A stretch of DNA of 64,000 bases from an uncultured Thermoplasmata archaeon (GCA_963768855.1 CAVYJM010000006.1:384001-448000), one strand, 5' to 3'; numbered from the stretch's first letter, positions 18,556-28,909 are shown. The notes: a model not told the origin generated them from the sequence alone. A program made the numbers and translations.

Positions 18556-19421
18556 GTGCCGCGGCGCCCACGAAGCCCTCCGCATCGTCCACTACCGGGG
18601 ACGTCGCCCAATTCGACCATTGGATCTATGCGGTCGTTCCGAACGTTGGCTACACCACGAAAGCCCTCTCCCGAGGGTTCGATGCCGGCCTGTTCGACCC
18701 TTACCTCCGCGGGCATTACACCCCGATCCGCGCGGCTGCCGCCCAGGACATCGACGGCGAGGTCGACCTGCGGATGATCCACCCCATCCGGACCGGGCGG
18801 GAGGTCCTCCTGTCGCGCATCACGCGAGGCATCCCGGACGAGGCAGGCCGGCCGACGTTCACGAACCACACGGTCGTCGCACGTGTGGATCTCCTTCGGT
18901 CCGGTCGGGTTACCCTGGAAAGGACCTTCCGGGCGATCTCCGAGTTCGACGCGAAATCCTCCGGCGCCCAGGGGGAAGTCGACCTGCTGAGGGTTCCCAT
19001 GCGGCCCGAAGACGAAGGTCCGCCGCGCTATGGGGAGGGGATCCACAAGCATCTCACCTTCGCGGCCCTCGAGACCCTCGCGACCCGAGTCATGAAGGAC
19101 GCGACGAGCCGGACCCTCCTCCTGTGCCGCAACTCCACGGCCGAGGCCCGGAACGCGACCCTCATCCTGATCGTCGAGCTCCTGGCATGGAAGTGTGGGC
19201 TCCCTCTCTTCACCGCGATCAGCGACCCGCCCAGGGCGTCCGCGCTGAACCACTTCAACCTCGTGATCGCGCAACGAGGCGTCCGCGCGGATTCCAGCTG
19301 GGCCATCCTTGAAAGCGCCCTCACGGAACACGTTCTCCCCCGCGTGCCGGACCGCGAGGAAGTCTACCGGGCGCTGAGCGCGGCCGTTCGTCAATCGGCC
19401 GACGGCGGGCGCGCCGAGTAG
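18556..19421 (+). CDS. GAP1-N2-like GTPase-associated protein; start uncertain
   Basis: The frame of the track ORF 18774-19421 is open from 18498 and reads FDHWIYAVVPNVGYTTKALSRG...HY.P...VLLSRITRGIPDEAGRPTFTNHTVV. The only SD-linked start (GTG 18556) is out of frame by one base. Confidence 0.6.
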
Positions 19422-20764
19422 ACGCGTACTGCGCCCGGCCGGATCTCTCGAGTCACCGTCCAACGGCGGCCGATCGTCCAGGTACCGTCGTGGGAGGCGC
19501 GGTCGGCATGATGGGGGTCGATGTGATCGAGTTCCGCCTCCAGGTAGTCGCTGTCCGTGTCCACCTCCGGGATCCAGGTGCCCTGAGACAGGACTTCGAC
19601 CAGTAGCGGCAAGCCGCTGGGTCTCCCCTTCCAACGGACGGCCAGGAAAGCCTTCCTTGCGGAGGCATCCGAGATCAGGAGATCCCTCAAGGCGAGATAG
19701 GATTCCCGCTCCCGGTGGTTCTCGGCCGGGGGCGCGTCGAGTCGTGCCTTGCGCTTCTCGAGGGCCTTGAGGAGCTTGAGCCACTCCTTGTCCGTCATCC
19801 CCTGTCGTTCCCAGGGCGAGGGGGGAGCCGCTTCGCTCGAGTCGTCGCGCGCGGCACTGGATTCCCGTGCCCGGCTGACGGCACTCTGAATCAGATCGTA
19901 CGTCGACGGCTCCTCGGTGTTCTTCGCAGGCACGACCCGGATGATCACGGCGTTCATCCCCGGATGGAACCGCGGATCAACGACGGTGAGGGTGCGGTTG
20001 TTCTCCGGGTGGAAGAGCTCCGCCAGGGTGTTGTTCACCTCCGCCGAACCGTTGCGCTTGGCGACGTCGCTCAGATGCTCGAGCGGCACAGACGTGTCGC
20101 CGTTGCGAGGGTTCGCCGCGAGGTCATCCAGATAGGCCTGGGCCACCTGCTGGGTCAGGCGGGGTCGTTTGGATCCCAGCGCGAATTGGACGACGCTCTT
20201 CACGTTCTTCGAGCCGCGGAACATGCCGCCGAAGCCCGCGCGGAGGACGGCGGTTGTGCCGCTCGCGTTCACGCACTCGTTGATCAGGTCCACCAACCGC
20301 GTGGACAGCCTCCGACGCAGCCGGCCTCCGGGCGCCCTCGACGCGTAGAAGATACCGCCCCAGCGGAGCGGTGTGTCCTCCGCCCAATCCGGGTCCGCGG
20401 CGCTCTTGCGATACCAGGCCAAGGTCTTGTCGGAAAGGATGGCCCCGACGAGCAGCGGGTCCTCCGTTTCGGCCCGGACGCGAGGCAGCAGCGCCTCGGC
20501 GGTTCGCACGGCCTCCCGTAGGAGTTGCTTGTCCTGGCGAGCCTCCTTCACCAGGGCGTGCGTATCGATCGAGTTGACGGCTTCGAGATCGAACCCTTCC
20601 TCGGGGGTCATCCGGAGGAAGGCCTTGAGTTCGCTGGTTCCCGTGACGGTGGCCCGTCGAACGATCTCGTTCCCTGTCAGGCCGCTAGCCTCCTGCTTGG
20701 CTGCCTCGTGCGGAGGTACCAAGGCGAGGAGGACCGCTGATGCCACCGGCGTGATGCCCCCCAT
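19391..20764 (-). CDS. Hypothetical protein (about 457 aa), no recognised domain
   Basis: Long ORF with non-shadow composition. ATG at 20764. Overlaps the end of the GAP1-like gene convergently by 31 nt. Confidence 0.65.
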   Translation of the reverse strand: MGGITPVASAVLLALVPPHEAAKQEASGLTGNEIVRRATVTGTSELKAFLRMTPEEGFDLEAVNSIDTHALVKEARQDKQLLREAVRTAEALLPRVRAETEDPLLVGAILSDKTLAWYRKSAADPDWAEDTPLRWGGIFYASRAPGGRLRRRLSTRLVDLINECVNASGTTAVLRAGFGGMFRGSKNVKSVVQFALGSKRPRLTQQVAQAYLDDLAANPRNGDTSVPLEHLSDVAKRNGSAEVNNTLAELFHPENNRTLTVVDPRFHPGMNAVIIRVVPAKNTEEPSTYDLIQSAVSRARESSAARDDSSEAAPPSPWERQGMTDKEWLKLLKALEKRKARLDAPPAENHRERESYLALRDLLISDASARKAFLAVRWKGRPSGLPLLVEVLSQGTWIPEVDTDSDYLEAELDHIDPHHADRASHDGTWTIGRRWTVTREIRPGAVRVYSARPPSAD

Positions 20765-21009
20765 TGCGGTGCGGCGGAGTGCAGTGGGCGTCAATAAGCC
20801 TGCGGCGCCCTTTATCGTTAGTGATAGGCGGCGCGCACCTCGTTCTTGAAGCTGTTGTGTTCCGGCCACTGAGATCGGGGACGATGGGCGGAACGGCTTC
20901 GGTCGGTCCGAACTCGGGATGTCTTCGCCCCGGGGATAGCAGTCTCCGAGCACCGGGCCTCGTGGTACTCTCTTGACGGAGTCGCATCGGGTGCAAGGGA
21001 GACCGGGGT

Positions 21010-21135
21010 CAGAGTCCGTACCCGCTCTCCATGAATTCCCGCAGCCAGGATCACCGTCACGACGTCGCTGGCAGCGAGCCTCCGGGACGTGGTGCGGCCC
21101 ATGTTGCCCGTGGCACCCAGGACGAGGGTCTTCGT
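21010..21135 (-). pseudogene. N-terminal Rossmann remnant (saccharopine dehydrogenase-like)
   Basis: KTLVLGATGNMGRTTSRRLAASDVVTVILAA, then it degenerates. The left boundary is approximate. Confidence 0.45.
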
Positions 21136-21230
21136 GAGCAGCCTTGCGGGGCTCCCCTCAACCCCACCCACGCTGCCCGCCTCAAACGCTATTACAAACC
21201 CCTGTGATTCTAAGCCGAAGGGGAGTCGCC

Positions 21231-21668
21231 ATGGTCCGATTCACGGCCGAGGTCGTCATCGCCCGCCCGGTTGAGGCTGTCTTCTCCTTCGTGGTCCGCG
21301 CGGAGAATGGATCGAAGTGGAATTCAGCCGTTCGCGAGGTGAGGAAAACGTCGGAAGGCCCGGTGGGGGTCGGAACGGAATACTCGATGTCCCGACACCT
21401 TCCACAGGGTCGTGTGGAGAACACCCTGCAAGTCGTGGAATTCGAGTCCAACGAGAGGTACGCGATTCGGGTCACCTCGGGGCCGACGCCGTTCTTCTAC
21501 CGATACACGTTCGAACCGCTCGGGGACCGGACGCGGATGTCCCTCTCTGCTGAAGGAGCATTGGGAGGCGCTGCAGATCTGCTTTCGCCGATTGCATCAA
21601 TCGCAGTCAAGAGAGGGGTTCAGGCCAATTTCCAGACGCTAAAGACCCTTCTGGAGTCGGGACTCTGA
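21231..21668 (+). CDS. SRPBCC family protein
   Basis: VVIARPVEAVFSFV...W...GPVGVGTEY. Confidence 0.85.
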   Translation: MVRFTAEVVIARPVEAVFSFVVRAENGSKWNSAVREVRKTSEGPVGVGTEYSMSRHLPQGRVENTLQVVEFESNERYAIRVTSGPTPFFYRYTFEPLGDRTRMSLSAEGALGGAADLLSPIASIAVKRGVQANFQTLKTLLESGL

Positions 21669-21727
21669 GGACATACTGGACCACCGCATGAGGCGTCGGC
21701 AGGGCGCGGCCAGCCGAGAGGCGCCGC

Positions 21728-22765
21728 TCAAGTCCCCTCGTCGCCGGTTTCGTTCACGAGGACGATACGGTACCGCGCCTGGTTCTCCTTCAGCCTCTGG
21801 ATGGCCTCGTTGACCTGGGCCATGGGCATCAATTCCACCCGGGGTTTGACGTGCTTGGTCTGCGCGACCGAGAGCATCTCCCGCATCGTCGCCCGGTTGC
21901 CCAGGAAGGAGCCCGTGATGGAATACTGGTGCACGACGAGCTCCTGCGCGTCGAACGTCACGTTGGCGGCAGGGAAACCGATCACGACGAGGCGGCCGTT
22001 GTTCCGGAGCGTGTAGAGCACGCGGGTCCAATCGGGAACGCCGTGGGAGGTGTACAGGATGAGATCGAGGCTGAGGACCATCTTCTTCAGCCCCGCCACG
22101 TCGCCTACCATGAGGAAGTGGTCCGCCCCGAAGGCGTGCGCCTGTTCCTCCTTGTCGGGCGAGGACGAGAGGACGGTGACCTCGCAGCCGAGGGCGTGGG
22201 CGAACTGGATCGCGAGATGGCCGAGACCGCCCACCCCCAGGACCCCGACCTTGGTGGAGGGTCCCGCCCGATATGCCCGTAGCGGCGAGTAGGTCGTGAG
22301 CCCGGCACACAGGAGTACCGCGGCGTCCTCGGAGGGCATCCCCTCGGGGAGCGGGAAGGCGAACCGCTCGTCGACCGCGACGGACGAGGCGAAGCCGCCG
22401 TAGGGAGTCCACATGCCGTTGTCCTCGACCTCCTTGCAGAGGTGGTCATCCCCGCGGAGGCAGTCCTCGCACCGACCGCAGGACCGGGCCTGCCATCCGA
22501 TGCCCACCCGGGCCCCTTCCCTGTGCTCGGTGACCCCGGGGCCGACCTCGGACACGAACCCCACGATCTCATGACCGGGGACGAAGGGATACTTCGTGAT
22601 CCCGTAGTCGTCGTCGATCGCCTGGAGGTCGCTGTAGCAGATGCCGCAATGCGTGACGGCAACGCGTACCTCACGGTCCTTCAGCTTCGGCGGTTCGTAT
22701 GCAAACCTCTCCAGCGTCCGCCCTTTCGCTGGCGCGGCATATCCCCTGATGGTCGACGAAGACAT
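21728..22765 (-). CDS. Zn-dependent NAD(P) alcohol dehydrogenase (cinnamyl-ADH family)
   Basis: CGICYSD, PGHEIVG, CGRCEDC...C, LLCAGLT and GVGGLGH. Confidence 0.92.
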   Translation of the reverse strand: MSSSTIRGYAAPAKGRTLERFAYEPPKLKDREVRVAVTHCGICYSDLQAIDDDYGITKYPFVPGHEIVGFVSEVGPGVTEHREGARVGIGWQARSCGRCEDCLRGDDHLCKEVEDNGMWTPYGGFASSVAVDERFAFPLPEGMPSEDAAVLLCAGLTTYSPLRAYRAGPSTKVGVLGVGGLGHLAIQFAHALGCEVTVLSSSPDKEEQAHAFGADHFLMVGDVAGLKKMVLSLDLILYTSHGVPDWTRVLYTLRNNGRLVVIGFPAANVTFDAQELVVHQYSITGSFLGNRATMREMLSVAQTKHVKPRVELMPMAQVNEAIQRLKENQARYRIVLVNETGDEGT

Positions 22766-22989
22766 TCGATGTCCCTCCCCCAGACGAGTCGCGACCGTTC
22801 AGCGGGGTACTAGAAGTCGTGAGCGTCAATCTGCCGAACATACCGGCCGCCGGGGTGCCGGAACGGGACGTCGGGCTCTCTCGCGGTGAAGTGTGGGGCC
22901 CAGGATCGCCGTAGCTCTTCCGGAGTCCTGCGCAGGGTGAAATACTACGTACCCACGTACTCGGGAGAACCCCACGAAGGCTCGAACCC

Positions 22990-24030
22990 ATGGCGACCCG
23001 GAAACCCGACAACATGGAGGATGCGCTCGCGGCGGCGCGGGAGATCCTCACCACGCAGGACCAGGACCTGCGTTCCATGCTCTACCGGGACATCCTCCTC
23101 AACGCGCTGAAGTGCAAGCGGGACGACCTCGACATCCTCGACCTCAAGGTGATCAACCGGGCCGTCGCGGAGTTCCGACACGCCGCGCGCGTCTTCAAGC
23201 CGTACCGGGGCGTCCGGAAGGTCTCCATCTTCGGGTCCGCCCGGGAGAAGAAGGGCAGCCCGAACTACGAGGAGGCCGTCCGGTTCGGCCGCTCCCTGGT
23301 CGAGCGAGGCTTCATGGTCATCACGGGCGCCGCGGAAGGCATCATGCGGGCCGGGGTGGAGGGGGCCGGAGCCGAGAACAGCTTCGGCGTGAACATCCTC
23401 CTGCCCTTCGAGAAGGGACCCAACCAAGTCCTCCACGACGATCCCAAGGTGGTCCGGTTCAAGTACTTCTTCGTGCGCAAGGTGTTCTTCGTCATGGAGG
23501 CGGACGCGGTCGCGCTGTTCCCCGGCGGATTCGGGACGCACGACGAGGGGTTCGAGGTGCTGACGCTCCTGCAGACGGGGAAGGCGCCGCCCATGCCCGT
23601 GGTCCTCATGGAGCTCCCCGGGCAGCGCTACTGGGAGAGCTGGGACCGATTCGTCCGGCAGGAGCTCCTGGCCCGCGGTTTCGTCAATCCGGAAGACCTC
23701 ACGTTATATCGGATCGTGCGTTCGTCGGAGGAAGCGACGGACTGGATCGCCTCCTACTACTCCACGTACCACTCCCAGCGCCAGGTCGGGAACCGCCTGG
23801 TCATCCGGCTGGAGAAGGAGCTCTCGGACGGTCAGGTCGCGACGCTGAATGCCACGTTCCGGGACCTCGTGGCCTCGGGCAAGATCTCCAAGACGGCACC
23901 CCTGCGCGAGGAGGCGGACGAACCCGAGCTTCGGTCCAAGCCGCGGATCATGTTCGCGTACGACCGGGGCCGCGCGGGGCGCCTGAACGAGCTGATCCTG
24001 GCGATCAACCGGATGGGCCGCACCATCTGA
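22990..24030 (+). CDS. LOG family (TIGR00730-like) nucleotide-binding protein with C-terminal extension
   Basis: KVSIFGSAR, ITGAAEGIM, FKYFFVRK and FPGGFGTHDE. Confidence 0.88.
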   Translation: MATRKPDNMEDALAAAREILTTQDQDLRSMLYRDILLNALKCKRDDLDILDLKVINRAVAEFRHAARVFKPYRGVRKVSIFGSAREKKGSPNYEEAVRFGRSLVERGFMVITGAAEGIMRAGVEGAGAENSFGVNILLPFEKGPNQVLHDDPKVVRFKYFFVRKVFFVMEADAVALFPGGFGTHDEGFEVLTLLQTGKAPPMPVVLMELPGQRYWESWDRFVRQELLARGFVNPEDLTLYRIVRSSEEATDWIASYYSTYHSQRQVGNRLVIRLEKELSDGQVATLNATFRDLVASGKISKTAPLREEADEPELRSKPRIMFAYDRGRAGRLNELILAINRMGRTI

Positions 24031-24265
24031 CCTTTCGCTGCTAAGTGTGATCGAACTGATCCCACCCAGGTTTCCACCGGCTTGACCGGACTCCGCCGAT
24101 CCGCGACGGCACCTGGATCCACCGACGGGGATTGATGGCTCTCGGTTCCGGGACCGGCGGAGGACAGTCCGGAGCCCAACCGAAGCGCGCATGAGGCCTT
24201 CGCGGGCTTCCGGCTGCGCCCGTCTGTCGAGGATATTCCCCCTGAGGCCCGATCCGGGTGCTGTC

Positions 24266-25591
24266 TCACCCAGGCGGAGGGGGCGTCGGGGGCCCGGGCG
24301 TCTGAGGCTCGGATTTCTTTCGCCCGCGCCGTCTCAGGAGAAGGATTGCCACCGTGACGCCGGCCGCGATCACCACCGCCGCGATTCCCGCGTAGGCCAC
24401 CGCTCCGAACGACTCCAGCGGGCTCGGGCTCGCCACGGTGATCGGGGCGAGCGTCGTCGTGTTTGTCGCTCCCGTCGCGTCCCGAACTGTCACCGTCGGG
24501 GTGTATGTTCCCGGGTTCTCGTACGCGTGCGCCACGGTCAGTCCCGCGCTCGTGCTTCCATCGCCGAAATCCCAGATGATCGTGTATGGTGCGCCGGCGC
24601 CTCCGGTCGCGGATGTCGTGAAGGTGACGTTGGTCCCCGGTCGGGCGGACGCCGCGGACTCCAGTGCGGTGACCACCAGGAGCGCGATAGTCACGGTCCG
24701 GTTCGCCGATCCGTGCCCCCCGACGGAATCGGTTACCGTGACCGTCGCAGTGAAGTTCCCTGGAGAGGAGTACGCGTGCGACGCCGTCACTCCGGAGGCC
24801 GACGCCCCGTCGCCGAACGTCCATGCGTACGTGTAGCCCCCGGAGCCCCCGGAGGCGGACGCGGAGAACGCCAGGGGCACCCCGGGTGCCGCGGCCGTAC
24901 GGTTCGCGGACGCCGTGACGGACGGCGGAGAGTTGACGGTGACGATCACGGAGTACGTGCCTTGCGAGCCGACTCCATCTGTCGCGGTGACCTCTGCCGG
25001 GTACGATCCCGCCTGGGTGTAGGTGTGTGTCACGGGCGTGCCCGATCCCGTGGCCCCGTCTCCGAACGTCCAGGCGTATGTGTAGGGAGAAGTCCCGCCG
25101 GAAGCCGCGGCGTTGAAGGTCACCGTCATTGGGGCGTCGCCCAAGGTCGCCGAAGCGACAGCAGTCACGGCGGGACCAGGCGTGACGGAGAACGGAGCGG
25201 GGCCAAAGAGGCATGTGTCTCCGACCGTGTCGCTGCTCGCTTTGCCGTACACGCTGATGTAGATTGAACCGCTCCCGGCGCCCGTCGGCAGGGTGACCGC
25301 CTGGGTGAAGTCCCAGGATCCGTAGCCCGGAATGACGGTGCCTCCGAGGTTTGTGCTGCCGGACGACCAGCTGTAGCTGACGTCGAACTCGTACAGGTCG
25401 AGCAGGTCGGAATTGTAGTTGTCGAATGTGTACGTCATCGTGATCTGGCTTCCCGCCTCCCCCCGGGTCGGGGAGTAGTAGATGATCGCGAGGGAACACC
25501 ACAGGCTCTGGGCGGCGACAGGCGGGGCTACGGCCAGGACCGGAAGAGTCAACGAAACGGCAAGCACTAGGGTGACAAGACGGAGCCTCAT
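24266..25591 (-). CDS. PKD-repeat cell-surface protein
   Basis: Signal peptide, three repeats of YAWTFGDG/IWDFGDG...HTY/HAY...G, C-terminal TM and a basic/Pro tail. Confidence 0.88.
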   Translation of the reverse strand: MRLRLVTLVLAVSLTLPVLAVAPPVAAQSLWCSLAIIYYSPTRGEAGSQITMTYTFDNYNSDLLDLYEFDVSYSWSSGSTNLGGTVIPGYGSWDFTQAVTLPTGAGSGSIYISVYGKASSDTVGDTCLFGPAPFSVTPGPAVTAVASATLGDAPMTVTFNAAASGGTSPYTYAWTFGDGATGSGTPVTHTYTQAGSYPAEVTATDGVGSQGTYSVIVTVNSPPSVTASANRTAAAPGVPLAFSASASGGSGGYTYAWTFGDGASASGVTASHAYSSPGNFTATVTVTDSVGGHGSANRTVTIALLVVTALESAASARPGTNVTFTTSATGGAGAPYTIIWDFGDGSTSAGLTVAHAYENPGTYTPTVTVRDATGATNTTTLAPITVASPSPLESFGAVAYAGIAAVVIAAGVTVAILLLRRRGRKKSEPQTPGPPTPPPPG

Positions 25592-25760
25592 CTCCTCCCT
25601 CCGGACTCGTGTACGCGCTTGGCGGGTACATATGCCTTCCCCAAGCCTGCTGTCCTGGAGAAGGCTCCGCGGACCCCGTTGGGCCAAGTCGCGATGTACA
25701 GAACCAGGGCCAAACCCTTAAGCGGGGTCGAAAGGGTCCATTCATCAAGAGGGCTTCCGC

Positions 25761-26699
25761 GTGGCACTGATCAAGTCGGCATCCGAACTGATGGACCAGG
25801 GCCACGACTACCTGCTCCGCGGCGACTTCGCCAGCGCCCTGAACAAGTACAACGACGCGGTGCGGAAGTTCCAGAAGGTCGGCGACATGAACGGCGCGAC
25901 GCAGGCCTTCGCCTACGCCTCGGTCATGAACCTCGCCCAGGCCCCTCGTGATCCCGCGGCTTATCACGCGGCCTCCCAGGCCCTCCGCGCCCTCGGCGAC
26001 ACGCCCATGAAGCTCGGCCTCCGCGAGTCCACGGGCAACGCGCTCGCCCGCGAGGCGGACATCCTCGCCAGCGAGGCGGAATGGATCGGCCTCCAGCCCA
26101 CCTCCGTGGACCAGTACAAGCAAAAGGCCCAGGCCCTCCGCCAGGTGGCCACCGCGATCCGCTCCGAGATCGGCAGCAACATCCTCGTCCTCCCCGAGCT
26201 CCTCAAGCAGGGGTCCATGACGGGCGAGTCCCACGCGCTCGCCCTCGCGGCCCAGTCCGAGGAGGCCATGGCGGAATCCCTGCTGTCGACGGACCCCAAG
26301 GCCGCCGCGGAGCACTACCAGACCGCGCGGCTGTGGTGGTCCCAGGCCGGGGACGCCGGCCAGGCGGACGCGGCCCTCGCCCGCGTGAACATGTACGGCA
26401 AGTCCGCCAAGTGCTGGTTCTGCGGCCGCGAAGTCGCCGGCGAGAACATCCACTTCGTCCCCATGACCAGCGACCTCACGGACCTCGTCAAGGCGGCGGA
26501 CAAGGACAGCCCGCTCCCCTCCTTCGACCCGGCGTCCGGCAACGTCTACGCGTGCAAGGGATGCCACGGGGCCGTCTACCATCTCGCCGACGATCTCGCG
26601 GTGAAGCGAACCGCCGAGCTCGATGCGAAGATCCAACCCCAGATCCAGGACCTGAAGAACCAGATCCAGGCGATCAAGAATCGCGTGAACATGATGTGA
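25761..26699 (+). CDS. TPR-like helical protein with a CxxC...CxxC zinc site and C-terminal coiled coil
   Basis: Helical repeats (GDFASALNKYNDAV, AAAEHYQTA), CWFC...CKGC and a heptad-like tail. Confidence 0.65.
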   Translation: MALIKSASELMDQGHDYLLRGDFASALNKYNDAVRKFQKVGDMNGATQAFAYASVMNLAQAPRDPAAYHAASQALRALGDTPMKLGLRESTGNALAREADILASEAEWIGLQPTSVDQYKQKAQALRQVATAIRSEIGSNILVLPELLKQGSMTGESHALALAAQSEEAMAESLLSTDPKAAAEHYQTARLWWSQAGDAGQADAALARVNMYGKSAKCWFCGREVAGENIHFVPMTSDLTDLVKAADKDSPLPSFDPASGNVYACKGCHGAVYHLADDLAVKRTAELDAKIQPQIQDLKNQIQAIKNRVNMM

Positions 26700-26710
26700 G
26701 GTCGAAGACC

Positions 26711-28324
26711 ATGGCCGCCGCCGCTACCGAATCCGCCTCGCCCCTGACCCTGATGGCCCTCCGCTGCCGCGCATGCACCGCGCCGCTCAACGTCACGAGC
26801 CCGGACGAGGTCGTCATCCGCTGCCCGAGTTGCGGCACGAGCCAGAAGGTCGTGGACGCGCGGGCGTTCCTGGACCAGATCATGCTCCAGGTGAACGCCT
26901 GGGTGCGGCAGGCCATCCCGATGGGCATGGAGACCTACGCGAACCAGACGGTCGATCCGATCGCGCGGCAGAGCGTCTTCATGAACTACGTCAAACCGCG
27001 CCTGACGACGGAGTACCAGGAGTACCGCTTCAACTTCCTCAACCTCCTCTCCCATCCCCTCGGCGTCCTGCCCTTCATGGTGGAGCGCGGCCTGCCCGCG
27101 TCGAACACCCCCGCGAACGTCTTCCTCTTCCAGGCGAAGGTCCAGTCGATCGCTCCGCTCGCCATGGACCAGGAAGGCAAGCTGGGGGTCGCGGAGACCG
27201 CGGGAGCCGCGACCGCGTACGCGTACCTCCTGAACAACGCCGCCCTGGCCGCGGACACGAAGCCCGAGCGGTACTACCTGATGAGCAAGAACTTCGCCGC
27301 CGCGGCGGAGTCCCTCAAGAACGTGCCCCGGTACGCCGCCCTGACGGACCGCTTCCAGGCCCTCGCCGACTTGAACACGGGCCTGGACCAGGCGATGAAC
27401 CTGAAGTTCTTCGATGCGCCCGGTCCGCTCGACACGGCAAAGGCCGGACTCGAGGCGGCTCGGGCGAAGGTCGCCCAGGACTTTGACCTCGCGATTATGA
27501 GCCAGGCGATCGACAAGGAGCTCTCCCTCGTCCGCGCGACCGGTTCGATCGTCCGCAGCGCCTCGATGGACCCGACCGGGAACGCCGCCACGTCCATGTC
27601 GTCGATGGGTAGGCTCCTCGCCCTCCTCGGCGCCCTCCGAGACGCCCCGTACCCGCAATGGCGCCCGAGGTTCGCGGACGTCTCCCACTCCGAGGAAATC
27701 CTGCGGTACGTGGAGGACATCCGGAACGCGCAGCGGGGATCCCCTACGCTGAAGGTGATGCCCGGGCAAGGTACCGTGCTCCTCCCGTTCTGGGCCGTCG
27801 ATATCCCGTATACCTTCCAGACGGGCGCCCTCTGGCGGACGCAGGGCGTCGAGGTGACAGAGGCCATGCTCGTCGCCGCGACCTTCCCTCTCGATGGGAA
27901 CGCCTTCTCGGGGACGGACGTTTCGACTGTCCTCACGGACGTCTTCACGGCCCGCGAGCGCACGGGGTTCTTCAACGACGCGATGAAGCGCGCCTCCGGG
28001 AAGGAGACGAGCATCAGCGGCGGGGGTCCTGTGCGGGACGCGATCGCGCGGGCTGCGATGGCCCCTGCGGGCGCGGTCAAGGTCGTCCCGCCCATCACGA
28101 CGGGACCGGATGCCGCGACCCTCGTCCAGAACTACCTGTTGCGGGTGCGCCAGGTGGACCGGACGATCGACAAGCAGCTGCGGCTCAGCTCGCCTCGCGT
28201 CTCCGGGCTCCTGTACGCCTTCGGCGCTCCGACCGGAATGCAGGCGAACGTCATGCCGTGGCTCGGCGGCCTCGCGCCGCGGTCCGTGGGCGACCTGAAC
28301 GCCATCGCCGCCATCGCTCTCTAG
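26711..28324 (+). CDS. Zn-ribbon-containing hypothetical protein
   Basis: CRAC...CPSC at the N-terminus and a long helical body. ATG 11 nt after the upstream stop. Confidence 0.7.
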   Translation: MAAAATESASPLTLMALRCRACTAPLNVTSPDEVVIRCPSCGTSQKVVDARAFLDQIMLQVNAWVRQAIPMGMETYANQTVDPIARQSVFMNYVKPRLTTEYQEYRFNFLNLLSHPLGVLPFMVERGLPASNTPANVFLFQAKVQSIAPLAMDQEGKLGVAETAGAATAYAYLLNNAALAADTKPERYYLMSKNFAAAAESLKNVPRYAALTDRFQALADLNTGLDQAMNLKFFDAPGPLDTAKAGLEAARAKVAQDFDLAIMSQAIDKELSLVRATGSIVRSASMDPTGNAATSMSSMGRLLALLGALRDAPYPQWRPRFADVSHSEEILRYVEDIRNAQRGSPTLKVMPGQGTVLLPFWAVDIPYTFQTGALWRTQGVEVTEAMLVAATFPLDGNAFSGTDVSTVLTDVFTARERTGFFNDAMKRASGKETSISGGGPVRDAIARAAMAPAGAVKVVPPITTGPDAATLVQNYLLRVRQVDRTIDKQLRLSSPRVSGLLYAFGAPTGMQANVMPWLGGLAPRSVGDLNAIAAIAL

Positions 28325-28407
28325 CGAGGCACGTCCGACCGGCCGCGTTTTGGAGTGCGTTCAAATACGGCGTCCGGGTAGGCGTTGTCCTAGGGAGGCT
28401 GTGCCTC

Positions 28408-28842
28408 ATGGTGCACGTTCGAGACGAAGGCGCGACGTTCGACGCTCCGGTCGATGTGGTCTGGAAGTATCTGAACTCGGGTCCGACCCACGCGGAAGCC
28501 CACCGCTCGATTCGCAACCGCACGACACAGCCCGCAGGCGAGAACGCGATGATCGCGACGATGGAGAGGAACTGGAACGGCGAGTGGGTCAAGGTCGTGA
28601 GCCGCATGACGCGCCTCCTGCCCCTTGGCATGGTCCAGGAATTCCTCGAGGGCCCGTTCGCCGGCTCCAAAGCGGTCCTCGTGTACTCACCGCAGGGCAC
28701 GAAGACCCGAGTGGACGTCTACGGAGAGTTCACCTCCCCGACGATTCCAGAGGATCAGATCGAGAAGGCCGCGCTCAAGTGGCTCGCGCAGTCGTACGAC
28801 GAGGACGCGCCTGCGGTCAAGGCCTTCGGGGCGAAAAAGTAG
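28408..28842 (+). CDS. SRPBCC-like protein
   Basis: FDAPVDVVWKYL pattern and a GGGAGG SD. Confidence 0.7.
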   Translation: MVHVRDEGATFDAPVDVVWKYLNSGPTHAEAHRSIRNRTTQPAGENAMIATMERNWNGEWVKVVSRMTRLLPLGMVQEFLEGPFAGSKAVLVYSPQGTKTRVDVYGEFTSPTIPEDQIEKAALKWLAQSYDEDAPAVKAFGAKK

Positions 28843-28909
28843 GTCCGTGGCAGGCTCCTGAGCTACCTGCCCATGGAGGCCCGATTCGCGTTCCTTTCGA
28901 GTCGCAGGC

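Noticed and set aside
23832-26636. 934-aa minus-strand ORF, and similar long ORFs at 431-1711, 39541-41589 and 57672-59426
   Set aside because: These are shadow or off-frame ORFs expected at high GC. They are Arg/Gly/Pro-rich, have no motifs and overlap well-supported genes.
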